A stretch of DNA of 64,000 nt from Candidatus Omnitrophota bacterium (GTDB lineage: Bacteria > Omnitrophota > Gorgyraeia > JAFGHF01), in NCBI GenBank assembly GCA_016939375.1, contig JAFGHF010000034.1, positions 13,950 to 77,949 of the forward strand, given 5' to 3'. Each line of letters begins with the position of its first letter. Within the stretch, counting starts at the first letter, position 1. A program made the translations under genes and the position numbers. The notes below the pieces were generated by a model. The model saw only the letters and a list, made by a program, of their open reading frames with translations, ran no database searches and was not told the DNA's origin. Shown here in pieces: positions 26,970 through 35,530 of this stretch.

Positions 26970-29397
26970 AGATAAGCTCCTCTTTTTTGCGAGTGACTAC
27001 AATTTTTTTGGACTGTTTAGGTTTATTTTTGATTATTTCTTCAGAAAGAGGATCTTCCAAAAACCTTTGGATCGTGCGTTTTAGAGGACGGGCACCGAAA
27101 ACAGGATTGAAGCCTTTTTCAATAAGAAATTCCTTTGCTTCCTTTGACAGCTCCAAGGTAAGCTGTTTATCGGCCAGCCTTTTCTGCACTTCCCCTATTT
27201 CGATCTCTACTATTTTAAACAAATCGTCCTTGGTTAATGGACGAAAGACATTTATATCGTCGATGCGGTTTAAGAATTCCGGCTTGAAAGTCCGCCTTAC
27301 CTCGTCAAGAAGTTTCTTTTTCATTTCACTGAAGGTAACTTCCTCCTGCTGAGACTTAAAGCCGAGCGAACCTTGCTTCCTAAGCATCTCCGCTCCGATG
27401 TTGGAAGTCATGATCAAAATGGTATTGCGGAAGTCTACCTTTCTGCCAAAACTGTCGGTAAGCCTTCCGTCTTCTAAGACCTGCAGGAGAATATTGAAGA
27501 CATCGGGATGGGCCTTCTCTATCTCATCCAAAAGCACTACCGAGTATGGCCTGCGCCTTACTTTCTCGGTCAACTGCCCCCCTTCCTCATAACCCACATA
27601 TCCCGGAGGGGCACCGACCAACCGAGAGACATTAAACTTCTCCATATATTCCGACATATCAAGCTGTATAAGGGCATCCTCATCGCCAAACATAAATTCT
27701 GCCAAGGCCCTGGCCAAAAGCGTCTTGCCTACTCCTGTTGGTCCCAGGAAGACAAAAGAACCTATTGGCCTGCGCGGGTCTTTGATGCCGGCTCGGGAAC
27801 GTCTCACTGCACGGGCGATAGCAGCAATAGCTTCGTCTTGACCGATCACCCTTTTGTGCATTTCTTCTTCCATTTTTAAAAGTTTCTCTGATTCCTTCTG
27901 TTCTAATTTGGAAACAGGCACCCCAGTCCATTTGGAAACGATCTGGGCAATATCCTCTTCTCCTACAGTAGGTATCACTTCTATCTTTTTCTTATTCCAA
28001 CTTACTTTTACTTTGCCTAATTCTTGTTTGGCCTCCCTCTCTTGATCTCTAAAATGGGCGGCTTTCTCAAAATCCTGGCTTTTTATTGCCGCCTCTTTTT
28101 CTTTCCTGATATCTTCTATCTTTTTCTCTAACTCCTTTAGATCCGGAGGTACGGTAAGCGCCGAAAGCCTGGCCCTTGCTCCGGCTTCATCCATTAAGTC
28201 TACCGCTTTATCGGGAAGATAACGCCCGGTTATATAACGGTCGGAAAGCTTGGCCGCTTCTTCCAGCGCTTCATCAGTAAACTTCACTTTGTGATGGGCT
28301 TCATATTTATCCCTTAGTCCTTTCAATATATCTATGGTCTCTTTCACCGTTGGAGGCTCAACCATGATGGTCTGAAACCTACGTTCCAAAGCCGCGTCTT
28401 TCTCGATATATTTGCGGTATTCGTCCAGAGTAGTGGCCCCGATACATTGGGCCTCTCCGCGAGAAAGGGCTGGTTTTAAGATATTGGATGCGTCTATAGC
28501 GCCTTCCGCCCCCCCGGCCCCGACCAAGGTATGCAACTCATCAATAAACATGACGATGTTCTCGGATTTCTTGATCTCGTCCATGATCGCCTTGATGCGT
28601 TCCTCAAACTGGCCACGGTACTTAGTACCCGCTACCATCAAGGCCAAATCTATAATAACTATACGTTTATCCTGTAGCACTTCAGGAACGTTGCCTGCTA
28701 CTATTTGCTGGGCCAGGCCTTCGACAATAGCTGTCTTGCCTACTCCTGCTTCACCTAAAAGCACAGGGTTATTCTTGGTGCGCCGACTCAAAATCTGGAT
28801 CACCCTCTCGATTTCATTTTGTCGGCCAATGACCGGGTCGAGTTTTCCTTCGTTTGCCAAGTGGGTCAGGTCTCTACCGAACGCATCGAGCGCCGGGGTC
28901 TTGCTTTTAGCCTTAGGTCCTGGTGCATTAGAAACAGCCGGTCCACTTTGCCCGGGGATACCTTGACCCAAAAGCTCCATTATCTCATGCCTGACTTTAT
29001 TTAAGTCTAAGCCTAGGCCCAAAAGTACTTGGGCGGCAACTCCTTCGCCTTCGCGCAATAGACCCAAGAGCAGATGTTCAGTGCCGATATAATTATGGCC
29101 CAGGCTCCTAGCTTCTTCCATCGACAGTTCGATTACGCGTTTGGCCCGGGGGGTAAAAGGAATATCTCCGGAGACAGAAGAAGCAGGCCCTGGTTGGACC
29201 AATTTTTCTATTTCCAGCCTTATCTTGTCTAAACCCAAACCCATATTCTGTAATACCGCGCTAGCCACTCCTTCTCCTTCGCGAATCAAGCCCAGGAGGA
29301 TATGCTCAGTGCCGATATAATCGTGATTAAAACGCTTGGCTTCTTCCTTAGCCAAAATAATTACTTTTCTGGCTCGCTCAGTAAAACGATTAAACAT
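26962..29397 (-). CDS. clpC: ATP-dependent Clp protease ATP-binding subunit ClpC
   Basis: Starts [20 protein letters not shown] (Clp_N repeat x2), two AAA+ modules ([16 protein letters not shown]), a UVR-like middle segment and sensor motifs. The track extends to 29661, but the canonical ClpC N-terminus begins at ATG 29397. Confidence 0.9.
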   Translation of the reverse strand: MFNRFTERARKVIILAKEEAKRFNHDYIGTEHILLGLIREGEGVASAVLQNMGLGLDKIRLEIEKLVQPGPASSVSGDIPFTPRAKRVIELSMEEARSLGHNYIGTEHLLLGLLREGEGVAAQVLLGLGLDLNKVRHEIMELLGQGIPGQSGPAVSNAPGPKAKSKTPALDAFGRDLTHLANEGKLDPVIGRQNEIERVIQILSRRTKNNPVLLGEAGVGKTAIVEGLAQQIVAGNVPEVLQDKRIVIIDLALMVAGTKYRGQFEERIKAIMDEIKKSENIVMFIDELHTLVGAGGAEGAIDASNILKPALSRGEAQCIGATTLDEYRKYIEKDAALERRFQTIMVEPPTVKETIDILKGLRDKYEAHHKVKFTDEALEEAAKLSDRYITGRYLPDKAVDLMDEAGARARLSALTVPPDLKELEKKIEDIRKEKEAAIKSQDFEKAAHFRDQEREAKQELGKVKVSWNKKKIEVIPTVGEEDIAQIVSKWTGVPVSKLEQKESEKLLKMEEEMHKRVIGQDEAIAAIARAVRRSRAGIKDPRRPIGSFVFLGPTGVGKTLLARALAEFMFGDEDALIQLDMSEYMEKFNVSRLVGAPPGYVGYEEGGQLTEKVRRRPYSVVLLDEIEKAHPDVFNILLQVLEDGRLTDSFGRKVDFRNTILIMTSNIGAEMLRKQGSLGFKSQQEEVTFSEMKKKLLDEVRRTFKPEFLNRIDDINVFRPLTKDDLFKIVEIEIGEVQKRLADKQLTLELSKEAKEFLIEKGFNPVFGARPLKRTIQRFLEDPLSEEIIKNKPKQSKKIVVTRKKEELIFA

Positions 29398-29399
29398 AT

Positions 29400-30464
29400 T
29401 TATTTGTCCTCCATATCTTTTGCCAGTTCTTTCCTGATGAATTCTGCCCTTTTTACATCTCGTTCTTGGGCGGAAAATGTCTTTCCTTCTAGCTTTTGCA
29501 GATGTGCCGGTTGAATATAGATGAAGATCTTGTTTATCGTCTGGATGTCCAGACCTTTCAGGATACCCATATCTACCCCTAAACGCACGGAAGAAAATAG
29601 ATCTACGGCTTCTTTGCTGGTAATAATATGGGCGTTTTTCAAAGTAGCGAATGCCCGCCAAATGCGGTCTTCAATCCGGGAGCGGTCCTGTTCAAAGAGC
29701 GCCCGCCTTGCGTTTTGTTCATGTCCTATTACCTGTTTAATGATCCGGTTAATATTATCCAGCAGGTCTTCTTCCGAATGCCCTAAAGTAACCTGATTAG
29801 AGATTTGAAAAAAGTTGCCACTGGCCTCGGTGCCTTCACCGTAAAAGCCCCTTGCCGTTAAGCTTAACTTGGTAATAGCCTGCAGGACCTTATTGATCTG
29901 TTTTGACATGACCAATGCCGGCAAATGCAACATTACCGAGGCACGCAAGCCTGTACCTGTATTGGTGGGACAGGCGGTTAAATAACCCCAATCTTCAGAA
30001 TAGGCAAAATCCAGCTTTTTCTCAAAGTCCTTATCTATCCTTTTAATAATCTGCCAAGCCTCATCCAGATTAAAACCGGATTGCATCACCTGCGTCCTTA
30101 AGTGGTCCTCCTCGTTGATCATGATGCTTAAAATCTCTTGGTCCCCGACTATTACGGCCTTGTGGTTGGCCCGCAGGGCGTGCTCTTTAGAAATAAGGTG
30201 GCGTTCGATAAGGAACTGTTTATCCAGGTTGTTTAAATCAGCCATATACAGGAAAAGCGCGTTTTTGGTGTAACTGCTCGAGCTGACCGCATCCTTGACC
30301 TTCATCAGCACTTCTTCTTTCTTTTTCGTGTCCGCCCAATGCGAAAAAGGGATCCCCTTTAAATTCCTGGCCAACCTTACACGGCTGGAAATGACAATAT
30401 TAGAATAGGGGCCAGAACACTTTAACCATTCACAAGTCTGCTTAATCAGATCATTTAACCTCAT
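29400..30464 (-). CDS. mcsB: Protein arginine kinase McsB
   Basis: ATP:guanido phosphotransferase fold, active-site CPTNTGTGLRASV; 354 aa; stop is 2 nt from the clpC start. Confidence 0.85.
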   Translation of the reverse strand: MRLNDLIKQTCEWLKCSGPYSNIVISSRVRLARNLKGIPFSHWADTKKKEEVLMKVKDAVSSSSYTKNALFLYMADLNNLDKQFLIERHLISKEHALRANHKAVIVGDQEILSIMINEEDHLRTQVMQSGFNLDEAWQIIKRIDKDFEKKLDFAYSEDWGYLTACPTNTGTGLRASVMLHLPALVMSKQINKVLQAITKLSLTARGFYGEGTEASGNFFQISNQVTLGHSEEDLLDNINRIIKQVIGHEQNARRALFEQDRSRIEDRIWRAFATLKNAHIITSKEAVDLFSSVRLGVDMGILKGLDIQTINKIFIYIQPAHLQKLEGKTFSAQERDVKRAEFIRKELAKDMEDK

Positions 30465-30482
30465 TAACTGCTCCCATATTGA

Positions 30483-30983
30483 TTATTTTTTCTTTTTGGA
30501 CTCTAGCGCTCTGATTTTATCTCTCAGGCGCGCAGCTTCTTCAAATTCCTCCATTTTAATCGCTCTCTGCAACTTTGATTTTAACACTTCTATTTCCGAT
30601 TGTTGTTTTTTTGTCTCTTTTTCTTTCTTTAGCGGCGCGCATCCTAAATGCTGGGTAGAGCCGTGGATCCTTTTCAGCAATACGCCCAGGCTGTCTTTAA
30701 AAGCTTCATAACATTCACTGCAACCCAATCTGCCTATGCGCCGGAAATCTTCATAGCTCAAACTACAGTTAGGGCATTTTGTTTCGGTCTTGCCTACAAC
30801 CTCAAACTGCTGCCCCAGGTCGGCCAAGCCAGCTAAAAGGTCGGCCAAGCCAAAATGTTGTTCCATCTGCGCTCCTTTTTGTCGCGCGCATTCCTCGCAT
30901 AAATGCAATTCCGTGATCTGGTTATCAATAATCTCGGTCAAATGGACCGTTGCCTCATTTTTGTGGCATATATTGCATAACAT
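30483..30983 (-). CDS. mcsA: McsA, activator of protein arginine kinase (zinc fingers plus UVR domain)
   Basis: Four CxxC pairs (CNICH...CEEC; CPNC...CSEC) and a C-terminal UvrB/C motif (AIKMEEFEEAARLRDKIRAL). Its start overlaps the ilvE stop (TAATG). Confidence 0.8.
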   Translation of the reverse strand: MLCNICHKNEATVHLTEIIDNQITELHLCEECARQKGAQMEQHFGLADLLAGLADLGQQFEVVGKTETKCPNCSLSYEDFRRIGRLGCSECYEAFKDSLGVLLKRIHGSTQHLGCAPLKKEKETKKQQSEIEVLKSKLQRAIKMEEFEEAARLRDKIRALESKKKK

Positions 30984-31858
30984 TAATATTGTGCTCCTTC
31001 CGTCTTGGTTAACTTACGGAATTCTTTAATTAGCATGAGGGTCGTCTCACCGGGCTTGCCTTTACCGATAACCCTGCCATCGACCTTGACCACCGGAATT
31101 ATTTCCGCTGCCGTGCCGGTCAAAAATACCTCATCGGAAATATATACTTCGTGTCGGGTAATTACATGTTCGTGGGTAGCGATTCGTTTTTTCTTGGCGA
31201 TATCCAAAACGCTATCACGAGTAATCCCGCGCAAAGTGCCCATACATTGAGGCGGAGTATAAAGCTCCCCTTTCTTGACTATAAAGATATTGTCTCCGGT
31301 GCATTCGGCGACATAGCCCAAGGAGTCAAGCATAATTGCTTCTTGGTAGCCAGAATTTATTGCTTCGATCTTAGCCAAGATGTTATTCAAATAATTCAAA
31401 GACTTTATCTGAGGGTTGAGGGCCTCGGGAAGGTTTCTCACCGTGGGCACAGTAATGATCTCCAATCCTTCACGATAGAGCTTCTCTGGATAAAGCACGA
31501 TCTTATCTGTGATGATAATCACATTGGCGTTTCCTTTGCACTTGCGCGGATCCAAGCCCAGATCTCCCGGCCCACGGGTAACCACTACCCTGATGTAAGC
31601 ATCTTTGAGTTTGTTGGCTTTGAGCGTAGAAAGGATCGCTGCTGCCATCTGCTTGTGGGTAAGCGGGATATCCAGCATAATCGATTTAGCCGATTCAAAA
31701 AGCCTGGTCACATGCTCATCAAGCTTAAATACCCTGCGGTTATAAGAACGGATTCCTTCAAACACTCCATCTCCGTATAAGAGCCCGTGGTCAAACACGG
31801 AGACCTTGGCATCCTTTTTTTCATAAAGCTTACCGTTGATATAGACCTTCAAGCCCAT
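30983..31858 (-). CDS. ilvE: Branched-chain amino acid aminotransferase (fold-type IV aminotransferase)
   Basis: FDHGLLYGDGVFEGIR, catalytic Lys region and EAIMLD...ECTGDNIFIV; 291 aa. D-amino-acid aminotransferase cannot be excluded. Confidence 0.75.
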   Translation of the reverse strand: MGLKVYINGKLYEKKDAKVSVFDHGLLYGDGVFEGIRSYNRRVFKLDEHVTRLFESAKSIMLDIPLTHKQMAAAILSTLKANKLKDAYIRVVVTRGPGDLGLDPRKCKGNANVIIITDKIVLYPEKLYREGLEIITVPTVRNLPEALNPQIKSLNYLNNILAKIEAINSGYQEAIMLDSLGYVAECTGDNIFIVKKGELYTPPQCMGTLRGITRDSVLDIAKKKRIATHEHVITRHEVYISDEVFLTGTAAEIIPVVKVDGRVIGKGKPGETTLMLIKEFRKLTKTEGAQY

Positions 31859-31883
31859 TTTTTTCTCCTTGCAATAGCTTTCC

Positions 31884-31990
31884 TTGGTTAATATAGGTTA
31901 ACATTGGTTAACACAGGTTAACATAAGTTGCCTTACGTCCCTTGGCAACCTCTATTAATAACCAACGCGTTTAACAAAAAAATTGTTAAC
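31884..31990. repeat. Copy C of the GGTTAAY-repeat/hairpin element (between lolD stop and ilvE start)
   Basis: GGTTAAT at 31886 then GGTTAAC at 31896, 31906, 31916 (10-bp phasing). Hairpin GTTGCC-ttacgtcccttg-GGCAAC at 31928-31949, followed by CTCTATTAATAACCAACG, which is homologous to CTATATTAACCGACA in copy A. Confidence 0.65.
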
Positions 31991-31996
31991 ATACAA

Positions 31997-32725
31997 TCAA
32001 ATGATTTTTCCGTCTCTAATGTTGATAATGCGGTCGGCCATCTTGGCAATGCTTTTTTCGTGACTGACGATTATCAAAGTCTTTCTCTTGTGCTGATTGA
32101 GTTCATACAAAAGCCCGGCGATCTGCTCGCCTCGCTGCGAATCAAGGTTACCCGTAGGCTCATCGCAAAATATCAAATCCGGGTCATTGATCAAAGTCCT
32201 GGCGATGGCTACTCTCTGCTGCTCTCCTCCGGAGAGTTGGCCCGGCTTATGACTAATTCTCGCTTCTAATCCTACCGCCGTCAATAGTTCAACGGCTTTC
32301 TCTCTTGCCTGCTTAAGCCCCATTCTATTGATCAGGGCCGGAAGCATTACATTTTCCAGCGCGCTAAATTCGGATAAAAGATGATAAAACTGGAACACGA
32401 AGCCTATTTTTTTATTTCTGATCTGAGCCCTTTGCCTCTCGGGAATGCGATAAAGGTCTCTGCCTTCAAAGATGACTTTTCCTTTTGACGGCTCGTCTAA
32501 GCCACCCAAGAGGTGAAGTAAAGTGGACTTCCCCGCTCCCGAAGGGCCTATCACGCACAATATCTCGCCTTTTCTTATCTCAAGGCTGATGCCTTTAAGC
32601 ACTTCTAGGCTTATTTTACCATCTTTATAAAATTTGTAAAGGTTCTCCGCCTTGAGCACAAAACCGCTTTCTATATCGTTAGAACAACTGCTACTCTTGA
32701 CAATCGTGCTTGTACTAACCATCAT
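31997..32725 (-). CDS. lolD: Lipoprotein-releasing system ATP-binding protein LolD
   Basis: Walker [10 protein letters not shown], signature [13 protein letters not shown], Walker [12 protein letters not shown]; sits directly downstream of a MacB/LolC-type permease. Confidence 0.8.
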   Translation of the reverse strand: MMVSTSTIVKSSSCSNDIESGFVLKAENLYKFYKDGKISLEVLKGISLEIRKGEILCVIGPSGAGKSTLLHLLGGLDEPSKGKVIFEGRDLYRIPERQRAQIRNKKIGFVFQFYHLLSEFSALENVMLPALINRMGLKQAREKAVELLTAVGLEARISHKPGQLSGGEQQRVAIARTLINDPDLIFCDEPTGNLDSQRGEQIAGLLYELNQHKRKTLIIVSHEKSIAKMADRIINIRDGKII

Positions 32726-33903
32726 TCATAACGTAAGGTTTCGGCCGGATTAAGCTTAGCTGCCTGCCGGGCCGGATAGACTGTAGCCAAAAGGCTGATC
32801 GCCAAGGCGCTACCGACAATGATTATCGAGTCGATTATGCGCATTTCCACAGGTAGGCTGTCGATATAATAAATATCGCGCGGTAGGTGTATAAACTGGT
32901 ATGTATCCAAAAGATGACAAAGTAAAATTCCTCCGCCTGCGCCCAAAACTGTCCCCAAAACACCGATGGTCAGGCCTTCCAGGGTAAATACTTTTTTGAT
33001 TGCCCTGTTATTCGCGCCGATGGCCTTTAAAATCCCTATGTCTTTGGTCTTTTCCATTACCATCATAATCAACGTCCCGGCAATATTAAAACAGGCCACT
33101 ACTACGATCAACGCCACAATGACAAACATTGCGGTCTTCTCTAACTTTAGAGCGCCAAAAAGGTTACTATTTAAACTGATCCAGTCTCTTACCCAATAAG
33201 GATATCCTAGTGTTTCTTGGATATTTTTACGTACCGCTTTAGCCTGGTAGAGATTATCTAAACGCACTCCCACTCCCGCTACCTTGCCCTCAAGGTTATA
33301 AATCTTTTGCGCATCATTGATGTTGACCAAAACAAGGTTTAGGTCATATTCATACATGCCGGAAGTAAAGATCCCGGCCACCTGGAATTTATACTCCTTT
33401 GCCTTATACGAGGAAACAATAGAAATCTCATCGCCTACGCTTATATAAAAACGTTTGGCCAGTTCCGAACCGATAATGATCTGCCCATCTTTTAAATCAA
33501 GGCTACCATCTTTGAGATATTTTTCCAGATTAGTGACTTTTCTTTCACGCCGGGGATCGATGCCCCTAAGCAACACGCCTGTGACCTCCTTATCGGATTT
33601 AAATAAAGCCTGTCCGTTAATAAAAGCGGATGCCCCTACAACGTGTTGAGCAGAGTCTAGCATCGCATATAGCTCTTGCAAATTATCTATTCCCTCTTGC
33701 CTTTCAATAAGGATATGCGGATTAATGCTGACTATTTTCTCGCGCAACTCTTTATCGAAACCATTCATAACGGCGATGACTACTATAAGGGCCATTACGC
33801 CTAAGGCTATACCCAAGATAGAGATCAGGCTAATCAGAGAGATGAACTTTTCTTTACGCTTTGCCACAAGATAACGCCAACTGACAAAACTTTCCCAGCT
33901 CAT
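32722..33903 (-). CDS. lolE: Lipoprotein-releasing system permease LolC/LolE (FtsX/MacB family)
   Basis: 393 aa with the MacB periplasmic domain between TM1 and TM2 and a C-terminal FtsX domain; 4-nt overlap with lolD. Confidence 0.8.
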   Translation of the reverse strand: MSWESFVSWRYLVAKRKEKFISLISLISILGIALGVMALIVVIAVMNGFDKELREKIVSINPHILIERQEGIDNLQELYAMLDSAQHVVGASAFINGQALFKSDKEVTGVLLRGIDPRRERKVTNLEKYLKDGSLDLKDGQIIIGSELAKRFYISVGDEISIVSSYKAKEYKFQVAGIFTSGMYEYDLNLVLVNINDAQKIYNLEGKVAGVGVRLDNLYQAKAVRKNIQETLGYPYWVRDWISLNSNLFGALKLEKTAMFVIVALIVVVACFNIAGTLIMMVMEKTKDIGILKAIGANNRAIKKVFTLEGLTIGVLGTVLGAGGGILLCHLLDTYQFIHLPRDIYYIDSLPVEMRIIDSIIIVGSALAISLLATVYPARQAAKLNPAETLRYE

Positions 33904-34020
33904 AATATTTCCTTTTTTTGCTTTACGCTGCTGACGGCCGTATAGCTATCATTGGCACCAGTTTCCTTAAGGCCTACATATATTTCCGGAAACAGGTACT
34001 CAAGGCAATGGCTTTAGTTG
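33904..34020. repeat. Copy R1 of the palindrome-string junction element (between lysS stop and lolE start)
   Basis: Contains CTGACGGCCGTATAGCTAT plus CCTTAAGG, TTTCCGGAAA and GGTACTCAAGG. The perfect palindromes are ACGGCCGT, ATAGCTAT, CCTTAAGG and TTTCCGGAAA. About 80% identical to 37960-38062. Confidence 0.7.
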
Positions 34021-35421
34021 GGGAAATAAAATCACTTCCCTGATAGACGGTGAATCGGTGAATATCATAACCAACCTGTCGATGCCGATCCCTAATCCTC
34101 CTGCTGGAGGCATCCCGTATTCTAAGGCGGTCAGAAAATCCTCATCCAACTTTTGTTTCTCGTCTTTATTGGCCAACTGTCCGGAAAACCGCTTTCTCTG
34201 TTCTTGAGGGTCATTGAGCTCTGAATAAGCATTGGCCACCTCCAGGCCGCCGATAAACAGCTCAAACCTTTCTGTCAATAACGGGTTATCTTTCTTTGTC
34301 TTGGCCAAAGGACATAATTCCGCGTATAAGTCGGTTACGAAAACAGGGTGTCGACCTGCCTGGGGTTCGATCAAATCAGCGATAATATTCAAAAGCTGTG
34401 AACGGCTAAGCTTTCCCTGCTCCAATTTGACGCCTTTTTTCTTCAAGCTGGCTATCCAGGTCTTCTCATCCTGATGGGGATGGATGCCAAAGTTCTCCTC
34501 CATCAATTTGTGGAAGGACACTGTCTGCCATTTATCTAAGTCGATGGTCTTGCCCTGATATTCAATCTTTGTTTTTCCCAGGATCTCCTGGGCCAAAAAG
34601 GTAATCAGCTCCTGCGTCAGCTTCATCACATCGCCGCAATCGGCATAGGCTGTATATACCTCGAGCATGGTAAATTCCGGATTATGCCTGGTAGAGATAC
34701 CTTCATTGCGAAATGAACGGTTTACTTCATAGACCCGGTCAAATCCCCCTACTAAAAGGCGCTTTAAAAAGAGCTCTGGGGCAATCCTCAAAAACAAATC
34801 GGTGTCCAGGGCCTGATGATGTGTCTTAAAAGGCTCCCCGGTGGCGCCACCGGCTAATTGATGCAACATGGGGGTCTCTACCTCAAGATAACCCCGCTCA
34901 TCCAGAAATCCGCGGATCTTGGTAATCATCCGGCTGCGGGCAATAAATGTCTGGCGGACCTTTTCGTTGACCAAAAGGTCCAAATAGCGCCTACGGAACC
35001 TGATCTCCACATCTTTTAAACCGTGCCATTTTTCCGGCAAGGGGCGCAATGATTTTGCCAAAAGAACGAATTTAAATACTTCCAATGTGGGCTCTCCCGT
35101 GCGCGTTTTAAAAAGCCGTCCTTGAAGGCCCATGATATCGCCGATATCTATATTATTGACAAAAAAATCGAAATTTTCTTTGCCTACCGCATCGAGCTTA
35201 AGGTAAAACTGTAATTTGCCGTCCCGGTCTTGCAGGTCACCGAAAACGCTCTTGCCATGACTGCGCAAGGCCATGACCCTACCTGCTATACGCACCTCTT
35301 TGCCATCTTGAAAATCGTCCAAAAGCCCTTTGATATATACAAAATCCCTGAAATGGCGGGCAAAAGGTTCGGCTCCGCATTGTATTATATTCTCTAATTT
35401 TTTCAGTCTTATCTCATCCAT
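34000..35421 (-). CDS. lysS: Lysine--tRNA ligase (class II)
   Basis: OB anticodon-binding domain followed by class II motifs 1-3 (FRNEGISTRHNPEFTMLE, GGLGIGIDRLVM); 473 aa. Its last 5 codons and its stop lie inside repeat R1. Confidence 0.95.
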   Translation of the reverse strand: MDEIRLKKLENIIQCGAEPFARHFRDFVYIKGLLDDFQDGKEVRIAGRVMALRSHGKSVFGDLQDRDGKLQFYLKLDAVGKENFDFFVNNIDIGDIMGLQGRLFKTRTGEPTLEVFKFVLLAKSLRPLPEKWHGLKDVEIRFRRRYLDLLVNEKVRQTFIARSRMITKIRGFLDERGYLEVETPMLHQLAGGATGEPFKTHHQALDTDLFLRIAPELFLKRLLVGGFDRVYEVNRSFRNEGISTRHNPEFTMLEVYTAYADCGDVMKLTQELITFLAQEILGKTKIEYQGKTIDLDKWQTVSFHKLMEENFGIHPHQDEKTWIASLKKKGVKLEQGKLSRSQLLNIIADLIEPQAGRHPVFVTDLYAELCPLAKTKKDNPLLTERFELFIGGLEVANAYSELNDPQEQRKRFSGQLANKDEKQKLDEDFLTALEYGMPPAGGLGIGIDRLVMIFTDSPSIREVILFPQLKPLP

Positions 35422-35468
35422 TTTGTGCCTACTTTAGGTTACAATAGCCCATTATATTATGGCTCATT

Positions 35469-35498
35469 ATTATATCCTAAAGGGGCTTTGCTTGTCAA
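35469..35498 (-). promoter_or_regulatory. Putative sigma70 promoter for lysS
   Basis: Minus strand reads TTGACA (35498-35493), an 18-nt spacer, then TATAAT (35474-35469), about 45 nt upstream of the lysS ATG. Confidence 0.4.
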
Positions 35499-35530
35499 CC
35501 TATTCGTATTTGGGGAAAAATCCGGGTTTT

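Noticed and set aside
28412-28966. 184-aa plus-strand ORF
   Set aside because: Antisense to the clpC AAA+ domain. It is a shadow ORF.
26962-29661. ClpC ORF as given in the track (899 aa with an 88-aa Arg/Tyr-rich leader)
   Set aside because: Canonical ClpC begins [12 protein letters not shown] at ATG 29397, 2 nt after the mcsB stop. The leader would overlap mcsB and has no Clp_N similarity.
521-35493. Shared TAAAGGGGCTTT motif at the pfk terminator (543-556) and in the lysS promoter region (35478-35489)
   Set aside because: Only a 12-nt coincidence. The second site lacks the complementary arm and lies between the -35 and -10 elements, so it is not called as a second terminator or repeat copy.
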